Below are positions 36,330-48,449 of a stretch of 64,000 nucleotides of DNA, piece after piece. Every line of letters begins with the position of its first letter. The stretch's first letter is position 1. The stretch is from Bugula neritina. Its lineage: Eukaryota; Animalia; Bryozoa. The DNA lies in NCBI GenBank assembly GCA_964035545.1, contig OZ037768.1, forward strand, positions 3,504,741 through 3,568,740. The letters run 5' to 3'. Under the pieces are notes generated by a model. The model was not told where the DNA came from and did not search any database. It was given only the letters and a program-made list of their open reading frames with translations. The position numbers were made by a program, and so were the translations under genes.

Positions 36330-38620
36330 CAATGTTAGTATCAGTATGCTTATTTATAACTTATCAATCGACACCAAAGCCAGTCAGCATCTACAACAGT
36401 AAACACTTGACAGAAACAAAAAGTAATAATATGATCATAAAGATAACACCAATCAGTAAATGCAATACTTATATATTATGCAATGACATTTACTTTTAGT
36501 TTTACTGTGAATGATTCGGTTGAATTAATGACACCATATCTTTTAGTACAGCAAACAAGCTTTAACTTTAAGTTTTTAATTCTAATAGTAATTATTAATA
36601 GCTTTGAAAATCAAAATAATTAGTTTTAGTATAACATTAGCTGTATGGCTAAACTATAAGCATAAGTATAACATTTAGAATTACTATTACACTTACTTTC
36701 AGTTTTAGTTTTACCATGTCTATTGGCCTTGGGGCTGGGCTGGCATTACACTATGATTATAGTTAAGTTCAATCAAAATTTTAGGTTGGTTAAGGAAGGT
36801 AGCCCAAATGATTAGACTTATGGCTTAGCCTTAGAGTTGATTATACTTATAACACTATCACTATGACTATAAGTATTAGTATGACTAAGTATTAGTATAA
36901 CTATAAGTATTAGTATAACTATAAGTATAAGTATAACATTAACTATAAGATTAAGTATAAGTATAAGTATAACTATTACTATAACATTAACTATAACTAT
37001 AAGTAGAAGTATAAACTTAAAGTATAGCATTAGACTTAGACATTACGACTTTACGTTTAACTATAACAGTTATACTACAAGTATAAGTATACACTATGAC
37101 TATACTAATAGTAATACACTTACAATAAGTATAAACTATAATATTAATATTATTAAATATTATTAATAATTATAAAATTAAATTATAACTTATAACTATA
37201 AGTATTAGAAACTTTTTTTAACAACTATTTATTAATTTACAAACCATTTGTTTATATTTATATTAACATTATATTATTGAATTTTTCTCTAATTCTACTT
37301 CTAGGACTATGTATTATCATTATGAGTTTATACACGTTTATATTGATATAAAATGTGCTCTGCTTGGAGGCTTGGAGTTAGCAAAAATTCTCATGACTTC
37401 CGAGTGGTATATACCACACTGCATGACTTTAAATAGTGTAAATGTTGTCAGTGGATTCGGTACAATCTCTATTTCGCTTCGTTCGAAGGAGTATAATAAT
37501 AATATTATAATATTATTATTCATCTTCAAGCAACTGATGCCGATATCTTTTAGGCTGAAAAATAGACTCGTGAAAATACAGTGATAGCTATAGACTGTAG
37601 AGTTACCTCCCTAAGCTAATGTTTAGTAATTTTATGTTGATAAAATACATATTATTACATGCTGCTTGAAATTCACAAAAATGAAAAAATTATATATATA
37701 TTTTTTTAAATTACTATTTATACTATTTTTTCAATATACAGGTTTCTACTCTCGACGCATGTTCTCGTGTGGCTAAGCGTAGTGATAGTTGTTTAAAAAT
37801 GGCGTTATATGATGTTTACCATCATCCCGAGTTTCGTCGGTACAGAGCTTCAGTCTGCTCCAAAGCAACCCTGTTTATAATATTCATCTATTTGTTTACA
37901 TTTATAATGCCCATATTAATAATATACAGGAGTAATGGTAAGAAATATGTTACTCTTATCGCATAACAAAATTCAAATTGTTTCCTTCAACCTTTGATTG
38001 ACATTGTGATTGAGAGTTCAAACGTAATTAATAAATTATCATATTTATTAATTTAATTATAGTTATTTAATAAATAAAATTAACATTTGCATTAACGGTA
38101 ACATAACTGTTGCGTTTAGTTTTGCTGTTAGTTTATAATCTATTAGCAAACGGTGAGTGCTATTGTGACTGTTATAGTTAAACTTATACTTATACTTATA
38201 GTCCGTATGAGTATGAGTACAGGTATCGCCTCCAAATAAAATATAATAATGTTGCTGCCTGTGTGAGTGTCTGTTCACTGTTGGTATCCACTCACTAATT
38301 TTGATAGTTATACTCTTTTTCCTAGCAACCGTAAAGCTAAATTGAAATACTTAATTACTAATAAATACTAGAATTAATATGCTCATTAATAATAATGATA
38401 ATATAAATATTGATTGTGTTTTATTTTAATTTTATTCTTTTGATTTTATTTGATTATTGTTCTTTATGGTAATATTTTTTCTAACTTTTAGCTTTCACCT
38501 GACTCACTGATTAATAGTTTTGTGGTATACTAGTATCAGTAGTGGCTGGTTTTGATTTTCAAAGGATAGCTATACAGCTCATTCTAATACTATTACTCAT
38601 ACAATTAATTACATTCACCT
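36330..38620. promoter_or_regulatory. Head-to-head TRMT5/TMEM231 promoter region with flanking 6-bp-periodic tracts
   Basis: Divergent start codons are 1.5 kb apart. An ETS-like CGGAAGT lies on the minus strand at ~37396-37402. Hexamer lattices occur at ~36400-37260 and ~37990-38610. Confidence 0.55.
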
Positions 38621-40635
38621 GCTTTTCATGGATCCATGGAAAGACGGCAAAGATTGAGCTCAGATCGACCGGGCTCAATCCGAGCTGATCGATCTCAAAT
38701 CAAATTGATCACGCATCTTGATTCTTGGGTCAAGTCATTATAATAATTATAAACAGTAAATTTTAAAGACCTTCTGTTTTTGGGTATGTTTTATGTTATG
38801 CAGCTCAAGACTCGTTTTAGCCAATATATTGCTTTGCACACTGTAAAAATGTATTATGTAATTTAGAGACAGAAATGTCTAAAGGGGTATCGTTCAATTT
38901 TGCAAAATGTTTTCATTTCAAAATTTTGCATTCATGTTATGGAACTTATTTTTATAATAAATATATATTTATGCCAAATAGAGTAAAAACCGACAACTTT
39001 TAATACCCATTGCAAAAACTCTACTGACAAATTTTGTCCATTCTTTTGTAAAAACTTTTTTTTGAAATCTATAACTATATCTTTTACAAGAAATTCTTTT
39101 TAGACTAGTTATCAAACATTATCCTTCATCATTATTGCTGACTGATCTAAACATAAAATTTGAAAATGATATCAAGCTATTGTATTGGTTAAATATTATA
39201 TTTAATAATACTGCGCATTATAGGCTTATGGATAACCACATGGACTACATCAGAACAGCCTGAAGTGAAGTTCAAACACCAAATAATCAGCTTGTTTGAT
39301 ACTAAAGATTCACAGACTGGGCATGTCTCTTTCTTGGCATGGAGCACTTATCCTCAGTTTAATGTTATTCACCAGGGGAACTTGAGAATTCCTCTAATAA
39401 AGGTATGCCGAACCATAATCCGAATCTTCATAGTTGAACAGACAACTCCAAAAGTATTTGCAATTTATCTAGTTAAGTTTCAGTTCAAACACTACAAATA
39501 AAATTTATTAAGGAGGTTTTTTACTCTCACAGCATAGAATATTCTGTTTCAGTCACGGGAGCTTAATGAAAATGGTGATGGAAAAAGTGATGCTTTGGTA
39601 TTTGATATGGAAGTTCCTGTGCTATCAACGGAAGATGTTCACGGGATTCACATTCTTTTATTCTTTGAATTCAAGTTGAAAGTTAGTTCTCATATATTTG
39701 TTTAACTAGACAAGCCATATTTTACAAATTATCATTGTTCCCATTACATGTCAGTGGGCAAATTAATCCATTATAATTAAAAACGTATTATACTTTACTG
39801 AAGCTTTGTTGAAAGGCATTGTTAATATCTAAAATGACATTTTTATAAAATAACTATGATTTACTAATTCTAGAAACTAGCTTTGGTAACATTTGAGGCA
39901 ATGGCTGTCATCTCAGCAGAATCTTTTTTGCCTGGTGCTGCTGCTTCAACTATCGGGGAGCTGAGAATAAAACAGAGGAATGCTCTTGCCCATAAAGGGG
40001 TGGACACTACATGGAATAACCCACTTGTGAACGAAGGCTCATTAGCTCCTCAAGACTATGACCTCTCATACCTGTTTCAGCAATATGCAGCTAGAAATTG
40101 TAAGTAAGATCTGATCTAGAGATCAAACTCGTTGCTAATGATAAACGGTTTTTCAATAGTCGCCAATACTTGGAAAATAATAGAGTGTAATTAATCACTT
40201 GGTGATTTTAGGCCCAACTTTTTCTATATCCATTAGACAGCAGCTACGTAGTAAATGGCATCAATTTCAGTTAAATTATGTGTTAATATTGTTGTAAATG
40301 GGCTTTTTATGTCGAAAATGAAATCCAGGATTACTATAGATCTACTAATGCTTACAAATGTTTAAATTACAGTGACAGCACAGTTTGTATCTGAATATCC
40401 AATATGGACCAGTGGAAGGCCTAAAGGAGACCGGTTTAAAGTATCAGCTACTGTACGTTATCCTGAGGAGAGAATACTTCACCATACAGGGTTCTGGCAG
40501 ATGTTCAAATACGCAGTGGTTCAGTACATTGCTGTTGTGGTTGTGTTTGTCTACATCAGTGAGCGTCTCAAGAGATTCGTCTTCTCTCACCAACTCATTA
40601 ACACTGTTGCTATTAAACCATACAAAAACAGTTAA
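37799..40635 (+). CDS. TMEM231: Transmembrane protein 231 (ciliary transition-zone MKS module), 5 coding exons
   Basis: Exons 37799-37937, 39224-39402, 39553-39681, 39874-40099, 40373-40635 splice in frame. Recognisable segments: MALYDVYHHPEFRRYRASVCSKATLF, EQPEVKFKHQ, FLAWSTYPQFN, RELNENGDGKSD, LRIKQRNAL, YDLSYLFQQYAARN, VRYPEERILHHTGFWQMFKYAVVQYIAV...KRFVFSHQLI. Confidence 0.92.
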
Positions 40636-41147
40636 GAATCTGAAATTATTTGGGTGTGCCTAAGTCAACTGTTTAGGTTTTGACTTGCTTTTAGGACATG
40701 ATTTTTACTGTATCTACTTGGTGTACTCTTCTAGTGTATTATATAAAATACAGAGTTTTTTGTTTTACAATTTGTATAGCATTGTGTCCAATCAACAATT
40801 TATTATACTAGTGGAATTATTTTTACTAGATTGTTTTATAAATGACAAATTTGCCATCCATTGGACAAAAATTTGTATATATATATATATATTAGCCGGT
40901 TCAAATTAGACAGAACAGTAAAGCTGCTGCGTGAATTAGCTGTCTATGTGGAAAAGAGCAAATAAAAGGCTATGAACTGTAAAGAATTTTCATTGCAACT
41001 TCATGAATTAGGATTTACTGTGCAGACTTTTTCTTGAAATTTCGAATTTAAAGTATTACACCAAGAATTATCTCACAGGTATGATGAAATATGAGCTCAT
41101 GTAATTTTATAGTCACTATCCATGTATGAGAAACCCGTGATAAAAAG

Positions 41148-41305
41148 TTTTTTTAAAGCGGGCTAAGGACTTATTCATCTGTGGCACAGGAGCAATTATG
41201 ACTGAATGCTCTTCCTAACATAACCAATGGCCTTTACTGGGGTTCAAACCCAGGACTTTGTGTTTACCAACCCAACGCTCTAACCCCTAGACCACGGCTG
41301 CTTCC
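41148..41305 (-). mobile_element. tRNA-derived SINE
   Basis: Minus strand reads GGAAGCAGCCGTGGTCTAGGGGTTAGAGCG (A box), then GGGTTTGAACCCC (degenerate B box), then a non-tRNA body (TTAGGAAGAGCATTCAGTCATAA) and an A-rich tail. There is no tRNA acceptor stem. It lies between the convergent TMEM231 and PELO 3' ends. Confidence 0.75.
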
Positions 41306-42058
41306 GAACAGAAGACGGAGCAGAGATAAATGAGAATGATGAGATGTGAACAGGTGTAATAAGTTATATGGCCCAAGATATGGATATAAAATATTCAGAT
41401 TAGTTAAGGTTGCAGTGTGATTTGCATTTTATTCTATTGTAAAGAAGACAAGGTTTTGGTATTTGTTCATTTGGAAAACTTAACAAAATATGAGTAATGA
41501 CGCGATGGTTCAACATTTTAAATATTTAATCTGCAGCTATGGGGCTGTAAAGTACGAGAATCCTAAACAAAGTTAACAAGGGTAGTAATTTTATAACAAG
41601 AAACTTCCTTTGTAGGTCTGAATAACATAATGTACGATGCATACATGATGTATACTGCACACTGTATAATATCCTATAATCCTATATATTATATAGGTCT
41701 ATTTTTGTCAACATAAAAAACTACAATATCTAGAATATCATTTCACAAATTGAACATAGGAAGGAAAATCTGTCGTCTAGATAACAATAACACTACAAAA
41801 TTCTCAACTCTGCATAATATGTTGAACACGAAACCATCCAACTCCATGTTCAAAAGCAACACATCTATTGCTGACATATTAGCATACAATGAGCAAAGAG
41901 TGTAGTGGTGAAATGACCCAACATTAGTCATTACACGACAGATAAAATAATATATAATGATACGATTCCCAGTCCAAATAATATATATTTTAGCATATAG
42001 TGTTAACATGTGAAGAATAAGTTAAGTTTAAGTGATGATGACTAGAGAGTTACTGTGG

Positions 42059-45000
42059 TCACGTGTCGCTGTCTGAGTCACTGTCAGCTATCAAATCATC
42101 ATCTATAGGAAATCTGAGTAGAGCAGCTATACCGGTCAGCTGTCCTAGCTCTACAAAACATACACATCAGTGTGAGGTGACTCCAAATGCTATTTATTGA
42201 GCACAATTAGTTTATAGTATCTGTTACAGCCTATACAGTTAGCAATTGCTTTTAAACTATTTGGTATTACGTGACTGTTGATCACTGCAACCTGATTACC
42301 AATAGCTGTCTAGTTAATAGAGAAGCATTTACACAGATCTAGTTTACCCTTACACTTCAGAGTAAACCTACTAATAAATAATATATATAATAAAATCAGG
42401 CATTTGTAACTAGGTGGAGTAATATTTCAATGCGTATCACTACATTTTTATAACTAATAACTAGCAAAATTTACTGAGTGTGACTTGGTGAATCTTACTG
42501 ATTACACTTTGCACATATGACAAGTGAAATTGAGTATAACTAATTACTCGTAACTAGGGAGTGCAACCAGTGACTAATAACTAGAAAGACTTAGTGAGTG
42601 TAACCAGTGACTAATAACTAGTGTGACTGAGTGAGTGTAACCAGTGACTAACAACTAGTAAGACTGAGTGAGTGTAACCAGTGACTAATAACTAGTAAGA
42701 CTGAGTGAGTGTAACCAGTGACTAATAACTAGTAAGACTGAGTGAGTGTAACCAGTGGCTAACAACTAGTAAGACTGAGTGAGTGTAACCAGTGACTAAT
42801 AACTAGTAAGACTGAGTGAGTGTAACCAGTGACTAACAACTAGTAAGACTGAGTGAGTGTAACCAGTGACTAACAACTAGTAAGACTGAGTGAGTGTAAC
42901 CAGTGACTAACAACTAGTAAGACTGAGTGAGTGTAACCAGTGACTAATAACTAGTAAGACTGAGTGAGTGTAACCAGTGACTAATAACTAGTAAGACTGA
43001 GTGAGTACAACCAGTGACTAATAACTAGTGTGACTCAGCTAGTCTTTCTCCAACTTACGTTCTCCTGAAACATGTAAACTAGAGAAGACTTTGACATCGC
43101 CGCTATTATATTTGACACTGTCAACAAGTGCTACATACTTCTTTCTTGTTGCTACGTCTCTAGCTCTGTATATAACACACATAATAATAAATAATTGGTA
43201 CTACACACTCGCTTATTTCTTATAAGTAACAGATAACATAGTACTGAGAAATGCTTCATTTTTTAAAAATAAATGGTGAGATCCTGTTTAACAAAGAGAA
43301 AGTGGCATCACATATTCGTTTAATAAAACAGAAACATTAAAGTAACTGAATGCTCTACAAGTTTCCTTCCAACTCAACACATGGCTATCAAAATCTGAGA
43401 AAAAAAGCAAGGTATCACGCTAAAGACAACTCAAAAGTTTTGCCTATTTACTAGTGGAGGTGTTTCTGACTAGCTCTGGATCAATATAGCAAACGAAGTG
43501 TTGAGCTGACCCCCCCCCCCCCAACTGTTCAATGCCGGACTATCAGATACTCACGCTACACACTAAAGTCTAAACTATGCAGTAGTTACATGAAATAACC
43601 TAATTGTGTACGTACACACATGTTAGCACTCTCCCAACTCTGCCTACAGACACCCTGTAGCATTGTAATATACAACAACATAATAGGCTATGTTAGACAT
43701 ACCTGAACAGTTCATCAGAGATGAGCAAAGTCTCTATTGCTTGCAGACTGTTTGCCTTTTCCACATGATTGTATCTGAAACACACACAGAGAAAGAGACA
43801 TAGCAAGTAGCATATGGTGTATTCCAAGTCCAGATAGACAGAAAGTTGCTTGAAAAAAGACAGCATCCAACTCCCAGCTTAACTTTGAAAAAAAATGCTG
43901 CCAAAAAGAGAGTTCATATAATTCAAGTTTCAGAAGGAAATAACTGGGAGTTTTCTTACCCATAGAGAGCTCTGTTGGGGTCTGTTTGTAGCATCTGGTA
44001 GAAGCTGTCCAGGGCTCTTACTTCACTGGCAGCTTTTGTGTCGGCAAGTCTGGAGCCCACAGAGGGATCACTCAGCAACTCTGTAACATGAGCAATCAGC
44101 TTGTGTGCGGCAGCACTTGGGGTCAACACAATTAACCTGGCAGCGTACTAGGGTGGCTGTTAAACTAAACCCTGAGATATAGGAAACGAAAGCGCACTGA
44201 AGACAAATTCTAACCTTTCAAGGCATGTTTGTGTCCAGATGATGAGTGTAGCAGCAGAAACTTAGACTTGTTGTCCATCAACAGTCGATTGTCATTCTTT
44301 ACAGCTTCAGCGATCATCCACTCGAAAAACTGATTCTTCAAGAAGCCTGGACTAGCCACTAGTACACACTTGACAACTGTAAAAGTCATAACAGTAACAT
44401 ATTAATACCAGCAGCAATACATTAACACCAACAGTATAGCATAATAATACATAAGGCAGTCTCGGAAAATTAGGACAAATCCCAACCAACTTTACTGCTA
44501 GGTTCTATACATTTGCAATGATTTCTTCATTTGAAACTGTCTAATGCATATTTCAAAAGTGTTTAAAGCATTTAGCACCCTTAGTTCTCTCACACACAAA
44601 TTACACTTACCATCGAAATTGACATGGCGGATAATGGCCTGCATTACTTGGTCGTAGTAACGCTTGATCCCTTTATCATGCTGAGAGCAGTCACCTCGTC
44701 GTTTACGGGGAATATTGATTTCAATCTTAGCTCGTGTCAATGTCATACTACTAGTTACGAGGCATATGTAGGCCAGCCCCTCCTGCATGATGACAGCAGC
44801 TAGATCTGCACTTTGCGTGGGGTCACAGGCTAATTCTACAGTCAATAAAAAGTAAATCAAAATCAAAATGAACAACCAGCTTCACTTGCCATGAGACTCA
44901 GGGGTTGAAGGTGACTGTTGGAGTTTAAGTTTCAGCCGAGTTCTGTTTGACATAAATTTCAATCAAGGCTATTTCTCAAACCTTAAGCAAAAAAATTACG

Positions 45001-48000
45001 CATAATTTGGATGTCTTAATGTGGCACTACCATAGTGTGTGTAGCAGTAAAGTATGAAATGTCTTGCAACCAGCTGTGATATATTTTCTATCATGTTCTG
45101 TAACAATGCTAAAAGGTATTCTGCTGCTAGCATATTCATATTACTTGAAATCTGGAAACTTCCTGGATTTATGAAGCATAAAGATACAATCAGAAAAACA
45201 AATTGTATGTTATAAGAAAGTAAAGGTGTGCTAGAAACACATTATGTAACGATACACAATACTTTAACTAACAATTTAATTTGCATATATTTTAAAATAT
45301 ATTTCTATTATGTTGCTAACAATCATTAAGCTTCAAGCTTGTTGATCAAACAGAAGACCTCAAAAAATAACTGGAAAATGTTGAGAAAGCAGAGGGCATT
45401 GAACCACTATTGAACATTTACAACATAACATTGAGCACCCGACTCTAAACGCTGCCCGGCCAGCTGCCGGAATACCGTCTACTGAAACACGCCTACCGAG
45501 TCTATCCACAGCCACGCTGTCCCACTCCACTTTTCTTAGAGTAAACTTGCGGTTCATTTCCAAGTCAATTGTGTGATATGCACCCATCTGCAGGTTATCA
45601 ACAAGATCAGTTGATAAGTAAGTTACACCAACATATCATCAAACAATCTGCTGTCATATAACAGAATGTGCCAGAAAATGCTATTCAAATAGATGAAAAT
45701 TTAAAGATATTTATAGCAAGGGTTATTTAAAAAAAAAAATGCTGTAGGTATTGAACTTTTTTAGTGAAATAAGACGTTGTAACAGTACAGTCTCACGCAT
45801 ATTACACTTATCTACTTCCAAGTACCAAGTTTCCAGTTGGTAATACGAATCAAATCAAAACAGTGACTCAAATAGTACTTAGAAATATATCAAGCACTGA
45901 TATCCAACTTGAAATAGTGAAAAGCTAGCGAGAGTCACACCAGCGTAGAACAAACCTTGACATACTGATTCTCCTGTACATTGCGACCTTTAACTCTAAG
46001 AACACAGGCTTGGGTGTCAAAGTCTATATCCTCTAACTTGAGAGTCAGCGTAGTTCTTATCTTGCTGTTGGCCACGCTGCCAGTGGCTGACTGGGTCTGC
46101 ACCTTCCTGAGATGAACACAGAGTATATGTGATTGTGTGGTGGTGAAGTAAAGGTGAAATGTAGAATAGGAGAACATTCTAGAGTGTTTACTGTGTAGCG
46201 ATAAGAATATAATGCTATAGTAGTTGGAAATAAAATTAGCACGTTATTAACCACATTGACTAAGGGGTATTGCTAGTTGCAGAGGAATCACAAAATACAA
46301 GAGTTGTAAGACAAAGAGGTAAACATATATCAACATAAAATTTGGAAAACTTTGTCAAATTGGCAGTCATGAAACAAAACTAACAGAAACCGAAATTCAC
46401 CCTACTACAGATAGAATACAACACACCTTAGATCAACAACCTTTTTACTGTCTGATTTATTAGATGTAATTTCAATTTAAAAAGATTTTCAATTTTAATT
46501 CAGGTTTGGGAAAAATCATCATCAGTTAATGGAAGGCAACATGAATATAACAAATCACTTGATTCTGACGGTAATAAGACACGGAACTTGTGTGAATACA
46601 GATACCTAATGGTGGTGGACTTCAACGTGTCCCCAACCTGAATCAAATTGTATGCATGCCACATGTCCTCGGGCTCTTCCGCCATCAGCACTACCTCCCT
46701 AGAAAAATAAGTTGTTATTAGAAGAAATGCTACATGATAATGACATAGCAACACAATACTCAAAATAAATTCAAGTGTGATGCACATGAACATTAACTCA
46801 ATGATTACTTTGTCATAATCATAATGACTATAATAATAATTCATTGCTAGAGTTACTCGTACTGTTGGTGCTACACTGATTGACATCGACTGACTGCGAG
46901 TTACTTTACAATAACATTACAACTCATTCAGTCTCATAGACTTCTACATTATCATTATGATTGCTATATTAAAATTGTTTTAGTCTCATACTCATATAAA
47001 AGTCATACCAATGCTCACAGTGATAGTCAAACTCATAGCGATAGTCAAATACACAGTCAAATCCATAATGATATTGATAAGAACATTTCACTAACTATTA
47101 CAATTATTATAACGGTGTCATCCCAGAGAGACGCTTTGCAGTTAGATGATAATTATTTATTTTAGTATAATATACTTATTATATGTGCAATTTATTTGAA
47201 TATTATTGAAATGTATGTATATTTAAATAAACTTGAATCAATTGCTTATTATTAAGCACAAAAACAAAATTTTTTGATCTGCATTAGCTTATTAATTTTG
47301 CATTTTTTATACTTCTTGTTGTTTGAAAAGATATTTCGTTAAGTATTCATTAAAAATAATGTCTATTTAGTTATGTATTATTGTTTTTTTGTCCAACACA
47401 AATCCGTGAAAATTGGAATATTATTCCAGACGATTCATATCAGCTATTATTTCATATTTAGCAATCTATACAACAGTTATAAATATAGTTACGTATAGGT
47501 AAATTACTATATATATGGTACCCAAAAAAATAGCGTCTAACTGGGAAGCGTCCACAAAAGAAGTGTCCAAGTGGGAAGCGTCTAACAGTAACTGGGAAGC
47601 ATCTATCTGGGACGAAACCATTATAACTATAAGGATAGCAATACTGATACTCACACTCAGTACTGAGCACTGACAATCACCAGCTACAGTTTTACTTTTT
47701 TAGAGTTACTGTTAGTGTTAGAATAATAAAAGAAATATTACATTTAATTATATGAATGAAACTAGAAGTAGAAGTATCGTAGTGACACTTGTGAGATATA
47801 ACATATTGATATACGTTATAAGTCGTTGGTCATCGTCATAGTCTTGGTAATAATGAGCAATAAGTAAGTTAAAGTAATTTATTTAACAGTTCTTCGAAAC
47901 TATTTAAGAATTATGATTTCAACATCATAATTATTATTATTTAAATATCCCATTTTAAATTTTGAGTTTCAATTTTGTGATAACTAAAAGTAAATCAAAA

Positions 48001-48449
48001 TGAAAATATTTTAGCAACACAGTCCCAGAGTGAGAATCGTGCATGTTATATGTTTCGTTTATGATCTATTTAAATAATCAGTAAATCAAAGTGTAACTCA
48101 TAAGTATATTTACTGTCGAAGAGTTAGGCCCTTGACTCTAGATTACAACTGTAAAACTAAAAATGAGTGAAAGTCTTAAGGCTTAAGCCAAAGGAAACTA
48201 TAAATTTAAAATGAAATCGATATTCATATAATAATCACTATCACTATCAGTATATTAAGGCATTAACTTAAAGTGATTAACATAACATTATAAATATAAT
48301 AAAATGGTTATGATTATCATTATGATTATGATTTATGATTAAGTTGATTAACTTTACGTTTAATTATAAGATAAAGATAAGAGCAGAAATAATACAAACA
48401 ATTACCCTTCTCCATGGCGAAAATCAATTGATCGGTGTATACACTTCAT
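42059..48449 (-). CDS. PELO: Protein pelota / Dom34 ribosome-rescue factor, 385 aa, 10 exons
   Basis: Minus-strand exons 48449-48406, 46698-46606, 46106-45956, 45587-45497, 44835-44611, 44376-44215, 44080-43960, 43774-43703, 43165-43059, 42150-42059 (1158 nt). Motifs: [105 protein letters not shown], acidic tail. Confidence 0.95.
42560..43036. repeat. 37-bp minisatellite (GACTGAGTGAGTGTAACCAGTGACTAATAACTAGTAA), ~12 copies
   Basis: Visible tandem array in the last PELO intron, starting ~20 nt from the donor at 43058. Confidence 0.95.
47113..47620. mobile_element. Non-autonomous DNA transposon (MITE/foldback-type) with subterminal tandem repeats
   Basis: The left end CGGTGTCATCCCAGAGAGACGCTTTGCAGTTAGA resembles the reverse complement of the right end, TGGTTTCGTCCCAGATAGATGCTTCCCAGTTA. 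TGGGAAGCGTC motifs repeat at 47530-47610. TTATAA flanks both sides (47107-47112, 47621-47626). Confidence 0.7.

Noticed and set aside
36818-37030. Hydrophobic I/L/V ORF resembling a membrane peptide
   Set aside because: By-product of the 6-bp periodic tract.
38620-39190. Possible decayed DNA-transposon fragments in TMEM231 intron 1 (similar texture at 6170-6400, 56150-56750, 60690-60905)
   Set aside because: Could not define terminal repeats or target duplications by eye.
42050-42061. PELO stop TGA-C as a readthrough context
   Set aside because: The next in-frame stop follows after two codons, and the context is not the strong TGA-CTAG.
46596-46605. PELO intron 2 donor GTATCT as a possible U12 site
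   Set aside because: It continues GTATCTGT rather than GTATCCTT, and I saw no convincing U12 branch site.
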